From: Raillietiella orientalis
Lineage: Eukaryota
Assembly (NCBI GenBank): GCA_036172245.1
Contig: JAYWIR010000002.1
Span: forward strand, 5,084,001-5,148,000
Direction of reading: 5' to 3'
DNA: 64,000 nucleotides
This document shows positions 1 through 12,979 of the stretch, piece after piece. Under the pieces are notes generated by a model. It ran no database searches. It had not been told where the DNA came from and saw only the letters and a program-made list of their open reading frames with translations. Position numbers and translations under genes: made by a program. Every line of letters begins with the position of its first letter. The first letter of the stretch is position 1.

Positions 1-400
1 CCTTCAGAACGTGTCCTTCCCAAGTCCGGCAGTTATCTGGACTGAATGTTGGATTCTCCCGCTCTTTCTCTTCCTTTCGTCTGAACAGTGCAGCGTTGGA
101 ATTTCCGGGTTGGAAACTCTTCAGAAGCGCTCCTCACCCGAGTTCGAACGGTGGACCGGAACATAGAGTTGAAGGCTAATTCAAGAGCAGGTCGGACGAT
201 GGAAATGGTTCATCCGTGGGAGGAAAGAACCTGATGCCCGACAGATGGATGGGTGGAGTCAATTCTTCAAGTTTCTGTTCCGCTCGTGGGTTGACGGTGC
301 TTATCGGGAAAGGGTTTCGGTGCAAAGAAACGTAAATCCTGTTTAAAGAAGGGACGATTCTGCCATCAGGGCATTAAGCGCACGCTGGCAATCTCCTCTC
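1..400 (+). mobile_element. Decayed non-LTR retrotransposon APE endonuclease fragments
   Basis: Broken + frames give PAVIWTECWIL...LEFPGWKLFRS...SNGG and RWMGG...SARGLTVLIGKGF...EGTIL, resembling APE motifs (xCLxETWL, GYxLFR, SxGVAIL, EGRxL). Confidence 0.4.
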
Positions 401-408
401 TGCACCAC

Positions 409-990
409 GAAATGCAATCTGCAAATGTACTGCGATGATAAGGTTACAGTTGGATTCATAGTTTAGAGCAGATTTCAATGTGAAACGTGCACTGAGTGTT
501 CGATTGTGTTGCAAGGAACAGCTTCTTGGGAGTACGTTTACAGACCGGCATACAAACCTATGAAACATTTGGTACATCTCAGTGCAGTAGATTGACTCGT
601 CTTCGGAATTCTCTCTCCTGAATTCTCATTTATCCTGGAAATTGATCTCAGGAAGGATAGCAATTTACAAATTCTTCTACATCATTTGAACAAAGGCATT
701 TCACACCCACTGCTCCCGTGGAGATGCATTCCTTAACGCATCAAATCGAAATGGGCTTCCTGTTGCCTCTTCACATTGTACTATCAAACAGTACACCCGA
801 TCGGGGTTCGTTCGAAAGGGCAAGTGATTTCGTGCGGTCCGCATGGCACGCCTGCCGTGGCAGCGAAGAGCGGCGGTCAGAAAGCGCAGCGAACGCGCGC
901 GGCATTCGGCGATCACGTGGAAATGCTGTGGCCGTTCTGTGATTCTCGGGGCGAATAGTCGTATTGCAGTGTTTCCACTGTAGAAAGAAT
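409..990. repeat. ~580-bp near-identical direct repeat, copy A (copy B at 11176-11757)
   Basis: Sequence matches with offset 10767; identical ORFs at 718/11485 and 776/11543; mismatches appear only near the right end. Confidence 0.97.
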
Positions 991-1309
991 GGAGAACGAT
1001 ATGCGTGAGTTTCCGCTGAGCCTTCACGTGTTACTTCATGGGAGTGAAATCTGTCTCTCAAGGAAAGTGACTAAAAAAAAAAAAAAAACTAAAGAAGGCG
1101 GATCAAAGAAAAAATACATCAACGCTGTTGGGAAATTTCCCAACGGCGTTGATGGGAAGTGGAAGATGCGCACGGTTGAGGCCACCGGATCGTTTCACGT
1201 CACGTGGTGTGCATCGAATTCTTCGGTACCTCCTTCGAACGCTGGCTTGCCTGGCTTTCTCGAGAACGCTTCCCCTTTCTTCCAGGGAAAGTGAGGTTTC
1301 CGCACCGTT

Positions 1310-2680
1310 TCTCTCTGGTCAGCTCAGGTTGCATAGGCAGCCATTCATTCCGCAGGAAGCAGAACTGATAAAGAAACGCGTGCTGTGCGTCCTGGTCCAG
1401 TGGATGTCCAAGGAAAACGGACGCGAAGAGGTTCCACAGAGAAGACGAGACACCAATGAACCGTCCTGATGGGACCTCCGCGAATTAAAGGACGCGAATC
1501 AGTCACCTTCCGTTCTTTTCACGCTGATGGCGCAGCTCCCGACACGCACGCAGCCCTCGGCTGCACACGACCTTCGAGAAAAGGGTCGGATGCCGCCCCT
1601 GGGTCCTGGAGCTGGGCCTTCCTTTCGTCCCAGCTCTCTTCGCCTTTCAGGGCTGAAGAGAGCAGCTTGAAAGGGCGCGTCTTCCTACAGGCGGAGCAAA
1701 CAGAGAAGTGCGCTAAATTGCTTCTGCTTGGCGTCTCACCGGGAGCGCAACCTGGCGGAAAAGATGGGTTGATGCGGGCCATGGGAGGTGCCTCCTTGGA
1801 ATCTGCCGGGGCCACACGGGTGCGCGAATACGAAAGTGTGTCAAAGTGTCTGTGGGCATCGGAGCAGTGGGAAGCTGGCATCTCAGGAGCGCCCGTAGCT
1901 GCACTCTTAGAGAAGTCGCGAAGACATATCGAGTTGGTTAAAAAGATTAAATGCGTTCTGAGACTCTGCACGTCTGGCGCTTGCTCTTCCTGATAAGATA
2001 CCCTCACTTGGGTGTCGCGGCATCGATTCGATGGTTCTTCGGTTTTTCGAAACCAGTTTCGGCGGAAACCACTCCGGCTCTTCTGGTGGCACGCTGACAA
2101 ATCGTGCAGCTCTTTCTCAGTTCACCATCAATAAGGTGCTGCAGACCTCTTCGACACTGCAATGGCTGCAGCCGCCTCGATTTTTCGATGAGAGCGAGCG
2201 GCGGGTATTTGTCTCGTAGACGACGTAATTGCCTTCCGGTCCTAGCGATGTCGGTGAACCGGAAGCACGCGGAGAGGAGTGCGCTGCCGGAACCAGGTAA
2301 CCGAGTACCGAAGCCAAGAGTGCTTTCCGCTGAGCGCTCCTGACAATCCGGCTGGAAATTCATCCAAGACGAACAACCGAATCCTGAACGATTCGCTGGA
2401 AGCGACTTCCGAGAGATCATTCGTAGCTCCAGAATCCGATATTCGCGGCTGAAGTGAGATCAGTGCGCATTTGGGAAGCATTCTGGAGCCTGCTTTGACC
2501 GAATCTTGAGTTGGTTGAGAGAACAGCTCAAGGCTGTTTCTGTTGCTGGTGCTCTTCTTGGGTCATGAGGTGCCATCCTTGCCGCCGCCTTTTCAGGAAC
2601 GTTTAACGACTTTGCGATGAAGCAATGCTTTAGGTGTTTCTTCTTGCTATGGCCATTCAAAAACCTTTTGTTTTGTATAT
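1310..2680 (-). pseudogene. Decayed nucleoprotein-like ORF (putative EVE, family A), probably inside a guanylyl cyclase intron
   Basis: Minus frames: LRDKYPPLAL...RRAGVVSAETGF (cf. RDRGVSPFTGH at ~60.0 kb) and QEEQAPDVQSLRTHLIFLT (cf. NEEKPSVAMEQNQPILT at ~33.87 kb). Confidence 0.45.
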
Positions 2681-3743
2681 TTCGAGGCTTTGGCCCTCCT
2701 CTTCAGGATATCGGAAGTTTCCGAAACTCTGTGAGTTCTTACGATACCTAGTTGATTTTATTTATTTATTTTTTCCCAAAAAATTCTTTCATCTTGGAAG
2801 CAAGTTGAGATGTGAATCAAAAACAAAAAAAAATGAATCAATGAATAAAAGCAAAGCGAAAGTGATTGAACAGATGCGAGCATCCTTTTCGACTTGTTGC
2901 AAAGACAAGTTGAGCCACAGCGTTCTGAAGAATGAGAAAGAGTCTCCCATTAAAGTGCTCGATACGGTCACTCTGAACGTGACCGTGCAAGATGCACACC
3001 CATTGAATACGCCCACTGTGTGAGGTGCCTTAATTGTTCCTAAATTCCTCCTAATTCACTGTTTATGAATAACCACACTTCCTACGTCTTCGTGCGTGCG
3101 CATACGAATTATCTGGTGGTGCCGAGTGGTAGTTGGTTTCGCTCACCTCCCTCCCGACGCTTCCGTTCCCTTGTTCTCCACTTGGGACATTTTCGATTCC
3201 GAACCAGAAAAAAAAAGGTTCGAAATTCTTGCTCCACAAGTAGGAGGGGATCAGTTCCTCCCCCCACGTTCCAGAGTACAGTGATGAATTCCTGTGCTTG
3301 CAGGATCGTGACCCACTGTTGAAGAAATCGTGACCGAACCGCTCCTTTCCTTTGCGCGCGGAATCGCCAAAGATCGTCGGAACGACGGCATCCGCGAGCT
3401 CTTCGTTTCCGACGACGTTTTCTCTCTTCTCATCTTTGCGTTTGCGTTCCTTCCTCGGGCGAGGCTGTTCGAGAGGACACCTCGCTTCAGAAGCACCGAG
3501 CGGCTGCCTAAGATCCTTTCCGATGAAACGAGCGATTCGATTTGCGTTCTCGTCCGATCTCTCTCGGGATAACATAACCGTGGTTTCCCCTAACCATCAC
3601 GTTGCCGCCGCCCCGAGTCAGATCGGATGCAACTTGCGAGAGCACGGGAAAAATCCATTCTCGGATCGGGAAGCAAGAAAACGTGGTGGCGGGGAGCGCG
3701 ACTCTTGCAGCCAGCAGTTCGATTCTGATTCAGCCTTTTTCAG

Positions 3744-6700
3744 GGTATGACCTTCTTACATGGCTCCGACTTGAAAATCCACGGGAACCTGAAGTCCACG
3801 AATTGTGTGGTGACCAGTCGATGGGTCCTGCAGCTCACCGATTTTGGCTTACACGAACTCAGATGCGCGAAAGTGGAAGATGCGAGCGACCAACGCAACT
3901 TCTTCAGTATGATTTCCCGATTTTTATTTGACGAAGAATCACTTGAAATGATCGGGGTGTGCCACTGCAGCTGCGTGAGCAGCTCTCTTCCCAAAGATCG
4001 AACTTGGTTAAGTCGGCTAGATGCCGGGCCTGTCATTCTCTGAGCCGCTCCTTATCGACGTGAAATCGTAGGGTCGTCCTGCTTGAGAGAGATGGTTACC
4101 CACCTTTCTGTCACTCACCTTGAAATCTTCTTGCACGATGCGTTGCCAGCCACACAGGGTGCTATGATGACCGAGATTATGAACTCCAGGAGTTTCGTCC
4201 GGATGGAAAGAATCGAAGGAAGGGAATTCCCACTCTTGCATCGGGTCAGAACGCCCGGAAAAACAGGCTGGAAATATTCACGAAGACATTCGGAAAACAC
4301 GAGAAGGAACAATCGAATCTCGAGATCTGTGTCGATGCTTACTTTCCTTCCTGTTTCTGAAAGAAACGGTCCTGAAGCACTCTTTTTTTTTCCTGGTTCA
4401 ACTCCTCCCTTCAGGTGCTCTTGGCAAGAAGAGCCATTGCCAACTTTTCCTCTGAGTCTTCACCTAAGGTGATTAGTTGGTCTTCTTAACCAGTCCATTA
4501 AGAAATGCACATTGATTGACCAGTGAACCCAAGCAGATCTGGTATCTCGCAATAGGTGCAACTAGTTTGATGATGATTGATTTTTCGTTCGTTACACGAA
4601 GATATGTGAGAATTAACTACCATTTAAGACTCTCGAATAGAAAATATTTGATAAATTGCTTTTCCTGTAGCAGATAGTCCTTGGTCCCTTAATGAAAGCT
4701 TAGCTGGTTCAACCCTCAGGACTGCAGTTGCTCATAGGTCACAAAAATCGGTTTTCTGTTGAAAAGAGACTTCATGGCTTCTTCTTCATCCGTGTCTCTG
4801 TTCAAGTGATTAATCGGTTTATATGAATAATTACCGGCTATTATTAATAATAACCAAATAAAAAGGTCAAAGTGAAAAATTCATAAGAATTTATTACATG
4901 AACCGGGAATTGTTAATAATTCCCAATTCCCAATCGCGAATCTAGGATCCCAGATGTAAATAGGGGTAAAGCCGATGACCGGAATATTATAGCTGCTATA
5001 ATCTGTGTTGAGAACGGAAACTTGCATGCACTCGGTACAAAATATGGCATTCTAAACCAACTCTGTACAAGGAATGAAGGTGCCGTCTGCAAGGAAACTT
5101 TTATTTCGGCCCATGAGATTCCAGATATTGAGATAAGTCTAAGAGGATGCCGCTCGCGAGAATTCGAACTTAGGTGGTCAGGGATACCAACGCTGTACTT
5201 GTACAGGCGATGGGAACTCCAATCGCTGAAAAGGTAAACAAGGTCAAAAATCCTTTGTGATTCCCAATGCCACAGAGGCTCTTCCTGCAAAAATAAACAG
5301 TTTGTTTATAACCATACAATAACGTAACGTTCTCGTCTCATTAATGTATTCCTCTCCTAGCTTTATGAAAATTAATAGCTCAACTAACTTGTATGATTTT
5401 GCCACAATTTTGTATGGTTTCGTCAAAAGTCTGTTTTTTCTTTTTTTTTTTTGGATCTGTCAGGAACTTGTTCATGTGATAAATAATGCATGTATATCTA
5501 AAACATGTTTTTATTAAATTTACCTGGCTATACTGGTAATTATTAATATTTGCCAGTAAGTGCAATTATTGCGTGTTATCATTCCCTTTGACCTTTTTAT
5601 TTGGCTACTGTTGATAAAAGCCAGTAATTATTAATCCTAACCGGATTTATTACCTGAACCGCAACATGACTATTCTCCCTCTTAGATGAAGCTTCCATCG
5701 AGTTTCGTTTGCCGAAGATCTTTGAAACATTCTCGTAATCCAGCCGCCATCTCAATGGATCCCATATTCCGGTTAATGCCGTCTCTGAAGTGGAAACGAT
5801 CTCCTTGATCTCTCTTGATTCTCCTTGAATTCCTTTTACTAGGAGCTTTATTAAGTTAGTCAGTGAAAAGGTCGCACCACCATTCCTTGGTTCCCGGCAG
5901 TCCTGATGAAATTGAATGCATCGCTTCCAAGAAAGGAGAACTGAGGTCTGGAGAGCCGCAGGACTTTCAGAATTCAGTCCGATTGCAACATAAAATGAGC
6001 TTTTGCATTGCGGGTTAATTACCAAGAACTTCAAATGTGGCTTGCGACTAAACGCAGTAGTAAATTGTACGACGTAATTATCTTGGAAAAAAAATATATA
6101 TATATATATATTCTTATAATGAATGGTTAAGGGCATCATTGCCGTCACTGCCATTAAAAAAAAATTTTTTTTTTTTTTTTAATGATTTGCACTGCTTCGT
6201 TCGGTAAGACAACATCGAAAACTTTGAAGTCAAGAAACAAAAATTAATAAGCGGCAAATGTAAATTCCCGATCATTGCAAATAGTGTTATGAATTCACTG
6301 CCGGCAAATAGATACTGGGCCTCACTACAGATGATGTGTTGGTTCAATTTTTTTTCTTTTTTTCGGGAATAGTCTTTTTAATTTGAAAATACCGCATCCA
6401 CTGTGTTCTGGTGCGTAATCCACGTGTGATGTGATCAGATTCCGAGTGACGTCAGAATCCGTAATTTGAGTTCCTTGACATGGTTCTCAGAGTCGTTTGT
6501 ACTTTACAGAATAGTTCAAGCTTTAACAGGCTGCAGTGCTCAAGGCGATATCATTGCAATGATGAGTGTTGACACATCACGATGAAACCAATGAAAGAAC
6601 CTTCGCTAGCACGAGTGCTAGAGTTAGCAAGTTTCAGTTTGGATACAAACAAAGAATTTTAGGGGACAGCTTGCATTTTTTCTCGAAAATGTACTAGTAG

Positions 6701-8953
6701 GAACAGTGATGTACAGTCGTCGTGAAGATATTGCTGTTTTGTCCTCATCCCACACAGAACGGAGCACTTTCAACGATGGTGTTTTTTTTTCCGTTTGCGG
6801 CTACGGTTATCACACTCTTCGATGGAGAACAGAAACGACGCAGAATCACACAATCAATCAATGTGGTCCGTCCTAATGTGCGACATCTCTTTGTAGGATT
6901 GCTATGGAAGGCTCCAGAAGCACTACGCAATCCCTTTCTTGGTCTAACACAGAAAATGGATGTTTACTCATTTGGTATCATTTTGCATGAGATATATGGG
7001 CGCAGGGGTCCATTTGGGGGCAGCGTCCCTCATACACCGAAAGGTGAGCTTCGTAAGAAAAGCTGGCTTGAAGATGATCGTTGACTACACAGAAATCATT
7101 GAGCGTGTAAGGCGAGGACCCTGTTTTTCTGAAGGGGACTCCTGTTTTCGTCCGGACGTTACGATTTTCACTCCGGGAAGCATTCTGGACATTGTCGTTA
7201 ACATCATGAAGGAATGCTGGTCGGAACAGCCAGAGAACCGTCCGGATTTCCATCGAATACTCGACCAGCTGAAGAACACGCACCCGAGCATGTAAGTATG
7301 GACCTCCCTTAGGGGAAGGGGGGGGGGGAAAAAAACAGAGAACGGTGATCAACTCAGGAAGTCCAACCTGATGGACCACATGATGATGATGATGGAAAAG
7401 TATGCTAACCATCTTGAAGAACTGGTCACCGAACGCACCCATTTGTTAATAGAAGAGAAACACAAGACGGAATCTCTTCTTCATCGCATGCTCCCAGAGT
7501 AATGTTGCGGATTTCCCTTCTTGTCATTTCTGTGTGCTTATGAATAGGCCTGTGGCGAGCCGCCTGGTGAGAGGAATGACGGTGCACCCGGAATCGTTCG
7601 AAAGCGTTACCATTTACTTCAGTGATATTGTCGGTTTTACCATGATGTCCGCTGAAAGCACACCCATGCAAGTAATCAACACTGCAAGTGGGGGTGTAGG
7701 ACATTACTCAATACTTCCAGGTCGTGAGCTTCTTGAATGAGCTGTACACACTTTTCGATGACACGATTCGGGGATTCGATGTTTACAAAGTGGAAACTAT
7801 TGGAGACGCTTACATGGTGGTAAGTGATCGTTTCCTTGATTGCTTTTGGTGATGCTCTTGCAAGGTTTCCGGTCTTCCGTTACGCAATGGCAATCTTCAC
7901 GCCGGCTACATAGCATCGATGGCTCTGGAACTTCTCGAAAAAGTCAGACAGTTCTGCATCCCCCACAGGCCAAATGAACGTCTGCAGCTACGCATCGGCA
8001 TCCACACTGGGCCTGTTGTCGCAGGAGTTGTTGGGTTGACGATGCCACGGTACTGCCTATTCGGAGATACAGTAAATACAGCTTCACGCATGGAATCCAC
8101 TGGGGAAGCTCTCCGCATTCATATAAGCAAAGAATGTAAAGAAGCACTGGATCTTCTCGGAGGATATCTCGTGGAGGAGAGAGGTCTTGTGAGAATGAAA
8201 GGGAAAGGTGAAAAACTGACATACTGGCTTATTGGCACGGAGAAGAATGCTCTATCTAAAGTCACTGACACGGATCCAAACTTCAAACAGCCCTTTTTTT
8301 CCTCGGTGGTTGAAGAACTATGGAACAAAAATCCTTCTCATGAAGACCGATACTATAAAAAACACATGTTTTCTCAGGGTAATCTTAAAAGACGTCAGAG
8401 CTCTCAGACCCACAGTCTAGGAGATAAATGCCCCCTTGGGCAAGACAGAAGTGTCCACTCTCAGGAGAGAAAAGGGCTGAATACGGTAACCGAAAAAGAA
8501 GATACAGAAAACAGAGTGTCGAAATCCTTAGAAATGTTCTCGCCATCCAGTTACGTTGTCCAAATCCATCCTTCTAGCAGGCGAAAAATTAGTGCTTCTC
8601 TCAAGGATCTTAGGGATCTTCCCAGAGACGAATTCGGCAATCCCTTTTCAAATTTTGTCTCAAATACAACCGATCTTAAAAGAAGGAGCTCAGAAAGTAT
8701 CAAAGGAGAATGCATTGATCCCCTATTAAATCATACGAACTCGAACTTGTCACAAGAAGCAGACACTTTACTTTTATCTGAGTTCGGAGGTGCCGAGAAA
8801 CGGTGGGTCTCCTGTGAGGAAGTCCATGATACGAAATCAAGATCATTGAAGGATTGCCTAACAGGAATCCTGGCAGGTAACATTTTCAAATCGAAAGACT
8901 TGAGGAAGCAGCTTGCTACGCCTTCTTGTATATTCAATAAGTTCCATAGGTGA
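3744..8953 (+). CDS. Gyc76C: Receptor-type guanylyl cyclase (Gyc76C-like), 3' part: kinase-homology, hinge and cyclase domains plus long C-terminal tail; 5' exons not found in the window
   Basis: Phase-consistent exons 3744-3906, 6897-7043, 7093-7291, 7358-7498, 7548-7671, 7721-7819, 7865-8953. Motifs [98 protein letters not shown]. The family is secure; exact orthology to Gyc76C is less so. Confidence 0.92.
4080..4340 (-). pseudogene. Possible chuvirus-like nucleoprotein N-terminal fragment
   Basis: [14 protein letters not shown]...[21 protein letters not shown] resembles the YLxxLFPG and AKxGNxT motifs of chu-like N; short and weak. Confidence 0.22.
4480..5300 (-). pseudogene. Decayed nucleoprotein-like ORF (putative EVE) in the guanylyl cyclase intron
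   Basis: VLNTDYSSY matches VLSGDFSNY of the 60.1-kb relic; a neighbouring frame gives HRLYPYLHL...IINNSRF..ILMN (cf. LDNNSMVCVVMN at 61.43 kb); several stops and frameshifts. Confidence 0.38.
5600..6080 (-). other. Uninterrupted ~160-codon frame of unknown origin, possibly the N-terminal part of the 4.5-5.3 kb relic
   Basis: ORF 5597..6154; [15 protein letters not shown] weakly recalls the QIWVLLAKAVT helix of mononegaviral N. Confidence 0.2.
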
Positions 8954-9059
8954 AATGTTCGTCAACATAAATTTGAAACTTTTCAAAAACTTTATTCATT
9001 GCAGTAACACGTTTTTGGAGGAAAGTAAAAAAAAAAAAAAATTATAAAACGCATACTGT

Positions 9060-9700
9060 GATTGACTTTTCATTGCTCCTTTAACGATGTATACCTAAGT
9101 GTTTTCTCTCAGACGTTATTATCACACCAAGCGATGACGGAGAGTGACTCAGAAGTAATCTGAACAGAACCCTTTCTTAGCCTTTATCTTAATTTCCGAT
9201 GTAAGCAGAGCACTATCCGTCTGGGCGTGGAGACAAGCCGCTTAGACAAAGATGGCACCAAAACAAACCCAAGCACGCTCTGAATCCAAGAGTTTCTTGT
9301 TCGTTTGTGCCCTTAGCTGATCCCATTTACGGAAAACGAACCTCCTGCTTAACCGGATTACTGGGAAAAGTTATTGTCTTCGTTCCTGGTCTCGGTGATG
9401 TCAGAAAGCATTCTCTTCGATGAATCAGAAAACAAATCATTCGATACCTTGCTAAGTTTGCTGGAGACTTTTCATTCCAGTTTGATTAAACAAGCGCTCG
9501 CGAGATCCCTGTATTCCTCCATGAAAGCAAAGCTATTTAAGCGATGCGTTTCCATCATGTTACTTCCTAATGCCGTGGTTTTATGAGCCGTATACTCGAT
9601 AACACTCAATACAGTGACATAACAGCGTCACATCCTGCGAGTTATCTTTCTTGTAAAAAAAAAAAAAAAAAAGAAAAGCCTTTTCCCATTTGGTTTGCTT
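9060..9700 (-). pseudogene. Possible additional family-A nucleoprotein-like fragment
   Basis: SWIQSVLGFVLVPSLS resembles EFIRSVVGHQFLRQWS (10.84 kb) and MSIVLYSLFLPPLPS (60.32 kb). Confidence 0.3.
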
Positions 9701-9849
9701 CAGGGTGCTCAGCAGTACACATTTCAAACATGCATGAGAAAATGAAATAAGAACAGTGTGCAAGGGGATGCAACGAAAGGAGAAAAATATCTGTGAGAAA
9801 TCGTGGGTTACAAATTACCACTTGAAAAAAAAAAAAAGTTTGCCTTTGC

Positions 9850-11450
9850 AACCATTTGGAAATAACCATATCATCCAAATGCAATTCTAAGTCATATCAT
9901 TCAAATAAGAATATCAAATATTCATTGGTTGCAAATTTCCAATTTTGAGAGCCGATGAATCCTGATATAATATTCTATTAATTCCAAATGACATTTTATC
10001 GAAAACTGTCGATACAGTTCTTCTATATACTCACTTTGAGCTTGCAGATCACGAAGTTGAACAAAGGGCTTGTAACCGGAAATATTGATCTCAAGAACAC
10101 TATATTTTGGACTTTCCATGGATTTTTGTTCCAGTATCCAGAGACAAGTTGGTTATCGATTTGAAATTGAGTTGGTTCTCATTTAGGATATTTTACTGTA
10201 CATTTCTGCATGATACTACCTATTTTTATAAGGAGGCTCGAATCTCAAATTTCCTTATTTGCCTAATATTCCCTTAAGTTTCTGTATCAAAGCAAACTGC
10301 TCTTCCATTCTGTTCACTGACCCTACCTTTTGCTCATAGCTGCAACATTGACGTTGGTGCTCAGAACACTCCATGTTCCACCAAGACCAAAACATGTTTC
10401 TGAGCTCCAAGAACGACACAACAAAGCGCTAATTAATCCAAGGATTTTCCAAATGTTCTCATTTTTTATCATTATAAGAAGAGAACATTTGATTTTCCTC
10501 GATGTAATGCAGAGTAAAATAGAGCACCTGAAACAATATTCCATTTCATTCACAAGATATATGGTGGGGAACCTACTCTTGCCATGGTGGAGAAATTCAG
10601 AGTTGCTTTTCCAACAAAATAAAAAAAAACACACACACATGCCATGCTAATCAAAATTGTGGATGCTGAATAGATCAAGTTCATAAAAGCAATGACAGGT
10701 GGTTCCATTACATATGAGCAATTAGAATTAACAAAAAGATGGTTTTCTTGACTTGGAACAATGTCGAAAATAATTAGAAAATACGTCTTCATTTCAGATA
10801 GTGGGCTCCATTGTCTCAAAAACTGATGTCCCACGACTGATCTTATGAATTCATCATGCCACATAAATAAAATAATTATAAAAGGATTTTAGGCCATTTG
10901 TTCCAGTTCTATATCAGAATTGAAGAAAAAGAATCGAGTAGGATTTCAAGAAAAATGATAAAGATAAAGATAGTTTCTTCAGCAAAGGAAAACAATCTGA
11001 CCTACTTTTTTGGACACTTTCCATTTCAGGGATGTGAATATCAGAAAACATTTGCAGTTTTTCAGGATTGCTTGAAATACTAAATTCAAAAACTTGTTTC
11101 GGTAGGTGATCATAAATCAAACACAGAATAAAAAAAAATAGAAAATAAAAACTTTCATAAACACGAATTTATCATGAAATGCAATCTGCAAATGTACTGC
11201 GATGATAAGGTTACAGTTGGATTCATAGTTTAGAGCAGATTTCAATGTGAAACGTGCACTGAGTGTTCGATTGTGTTGCAAGGAACAGCTTCTTGGGAGT
11301 ACGTTTACAGACCGGCATACAAACCTATGAAACATTTGGTACATCTCAGTGCAGTAGATTGACTCGTCTTCGGAATTCTCTCTCCTGAATTCTCATTTAT
11401 CCTGGAAATTGATCTCAGGAAGGATAGCAATTTACAAATTCTTCTACATC
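9850..11450 (-). pseudogene. Decayed nucleoprotein-like ORF (putative EVE, family A)
   Basis: Colinear motif matches to the 59.2-60.6 kb relic: VVGHQFLRQWSPLSE/VLYSLFLPPLPSLSE; WSVLSTNVNVAAMS/FPYMPSNAFVKALT; ALIQK/ALITK; RIHRLSKLEICNQ/RISKIRNLTLCHD. RFPTIYLVNEM matches HFPLMNEM at 43.0 kb. Confidence 0.55.
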
Positions 11451-11757
11451 ATTTGAACAAAGGCATTTCACACCCACTGCTCCCGTGGAGATGCATTCCT
11501 TAACGCATCAAATCGAAATGGGCTTCCTGTTGCCTCTTCACATTGTACTATCAAACAGTACACCCGATCGGGGTTCGTTCGAAAGGGCAAGTGATTTCGT
11601 GCGGTCCGCATGGCACGCCTGCCGTGGCAGCGAAGAGCGGCGGTCAGAAAGCGCAGCGAACGCGCGCGGCATTCGGCGATCACGTGGAAATGCTGTGGCC
11701 GTTCTGTGATTCTCGGGGCGAATAGTCTTATTGCAGTGTTTCCACCGTAGAAAGAAT
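11176..11757. repeat. ~580-bp direct repeat, copy B
   Basis: Matches 409-990; overlaps the 5' end of the 9.85-11.45 kb relic. Confidence 0.97.
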
Positions 11758-12221
11758 AGAGAATCATGTGCATGTGGCACACAGATCTTTCAGGCAAAAA
11801 TGATGATAGTAATATTTTGAAATTATGCCCAGAACGCTTTCCAGTTTTGATGTTTTTTCAAGTTATGAAAAGTAACTTTTGCAATTGTTACCATCAGCTG
11901 TATATTTGGGGGGCACCTGAATTATAAAGTGATTCAGTTTCAAGAAGTCGCATTTCCTTTTTTTGTATGAAAAGCAGTAACATTGTTATGATTTTTGTTT
12001 TCGTACTGTCAAAAGTTTACATTAGAAAGACAAAAAGGAAAAGATAGCATTTGTATTGTCAGTAGTCTTATTCAAAGCTTTGTATTGCAGTAAAAGCAAT
12101 ACTAATAATTAGTTTGAAAGTTTCCAGCCGTATACTTGCAAATGAATAAATAGTTCCGTATTACAGTATCAAGGTGATAAAGCACTTCACAATTGATAAA
12201 AAATATTTATTGGAAGTCAGC

Positions 12222-12957
12222 ATGTTTGTACTATCAGTAATGAAACAAGTAGTGTGCATCCCACCATGGTATTTTGACAAACCACTGGAACAGGCTATCA
12301 CAGAGGAATTAAACAGAAAACTAGCTAACAGAGTAATACTGCAAAAAACAAGTTTCAATCCAAACATTTTGTTAAGGTTGTACCAAACATAGGTCTCTGC
12401 ATTGCACTCTTTGATATTCTGCAAATAGAAGATTCTTTTATATTTCCTGGTGATGGCTCATCTTATACAAAAGTTACATTTCGCTATGTTGTCTTTCGTC
12501 CATTTGTGGAGGAAGTGCTCTTGGGGAAAATTAAAAGTAGTAACAAAGAAGGTGTATCCGTATCTTTGGGATTCTTTGATGACATTCTCATTCCTTACGA
12601 TGCATTACAACATCCTTCCCGATTTGATGAGGCAGAGCAATTGTGGATCTGGGAATATGACATGGGAGATGGCACACACCAACTATTTATGGATAAAGGT
12701 ACATTTGGCAGCTTGATTAGTGCTTAAATTGCTTTGTAGGTGAAGAGGTTCGCTTTCGAATAACAACAGAAATCTTTTACGACACTACTCCAGCACATCC
12801 TGATATATGTGATGAAAAATTGGGAAATCAAGAACCAGTGGAAAAAAGGGCTCCATATCAGCTGATTGTAAGTAATGCTAAAGGCATAAGCAATAGCAAT
12901 GTCAATCAGGCAACCATAAATGAGCCAGGATTGGGACTGCTTTCCTGGTGGACATAG
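12222..12957 (+). CDS. POLR3H: DNA-directed RNA polymerase III subunit RPC8/RPC25
   Basis: Exons 12222-12332, 12377-12698, 12740-12867, 12910-12957: [16 protein letters not shown]...[22 protein letters not shown]...PGDG...[12 protein letters not shown]...EQLWIWEY...[13 protein letters not shown]. Confidence 0.95.
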
Positions 12958-12979
12958 AATGCAGTGAGTCTTCTAACCT

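Noticed and set aside
2634..3023. Upstream guanylyl cyclase exon
   Set aside because: Translation lacks the expected kinase-homology motifs (HDNL, KGSL).
3063..3575. THAP domain from ADAVVPTIFG
   Set aside because: No C2CH zinc ligands upstream; single short motif.
4480..11450. Divergent ionotropic receptor pseudogenes at 4.5-5.3 and 9.9-11.5 kb ([21 protein letters not shown]...LIEYYI)
   Set aside because: Only loose hydrophobic resemblance. The 9.9-11.5 kb frame has several colinear matches to the N-like relics; 4.5-5.3 kb remains somewhat ambiguous.
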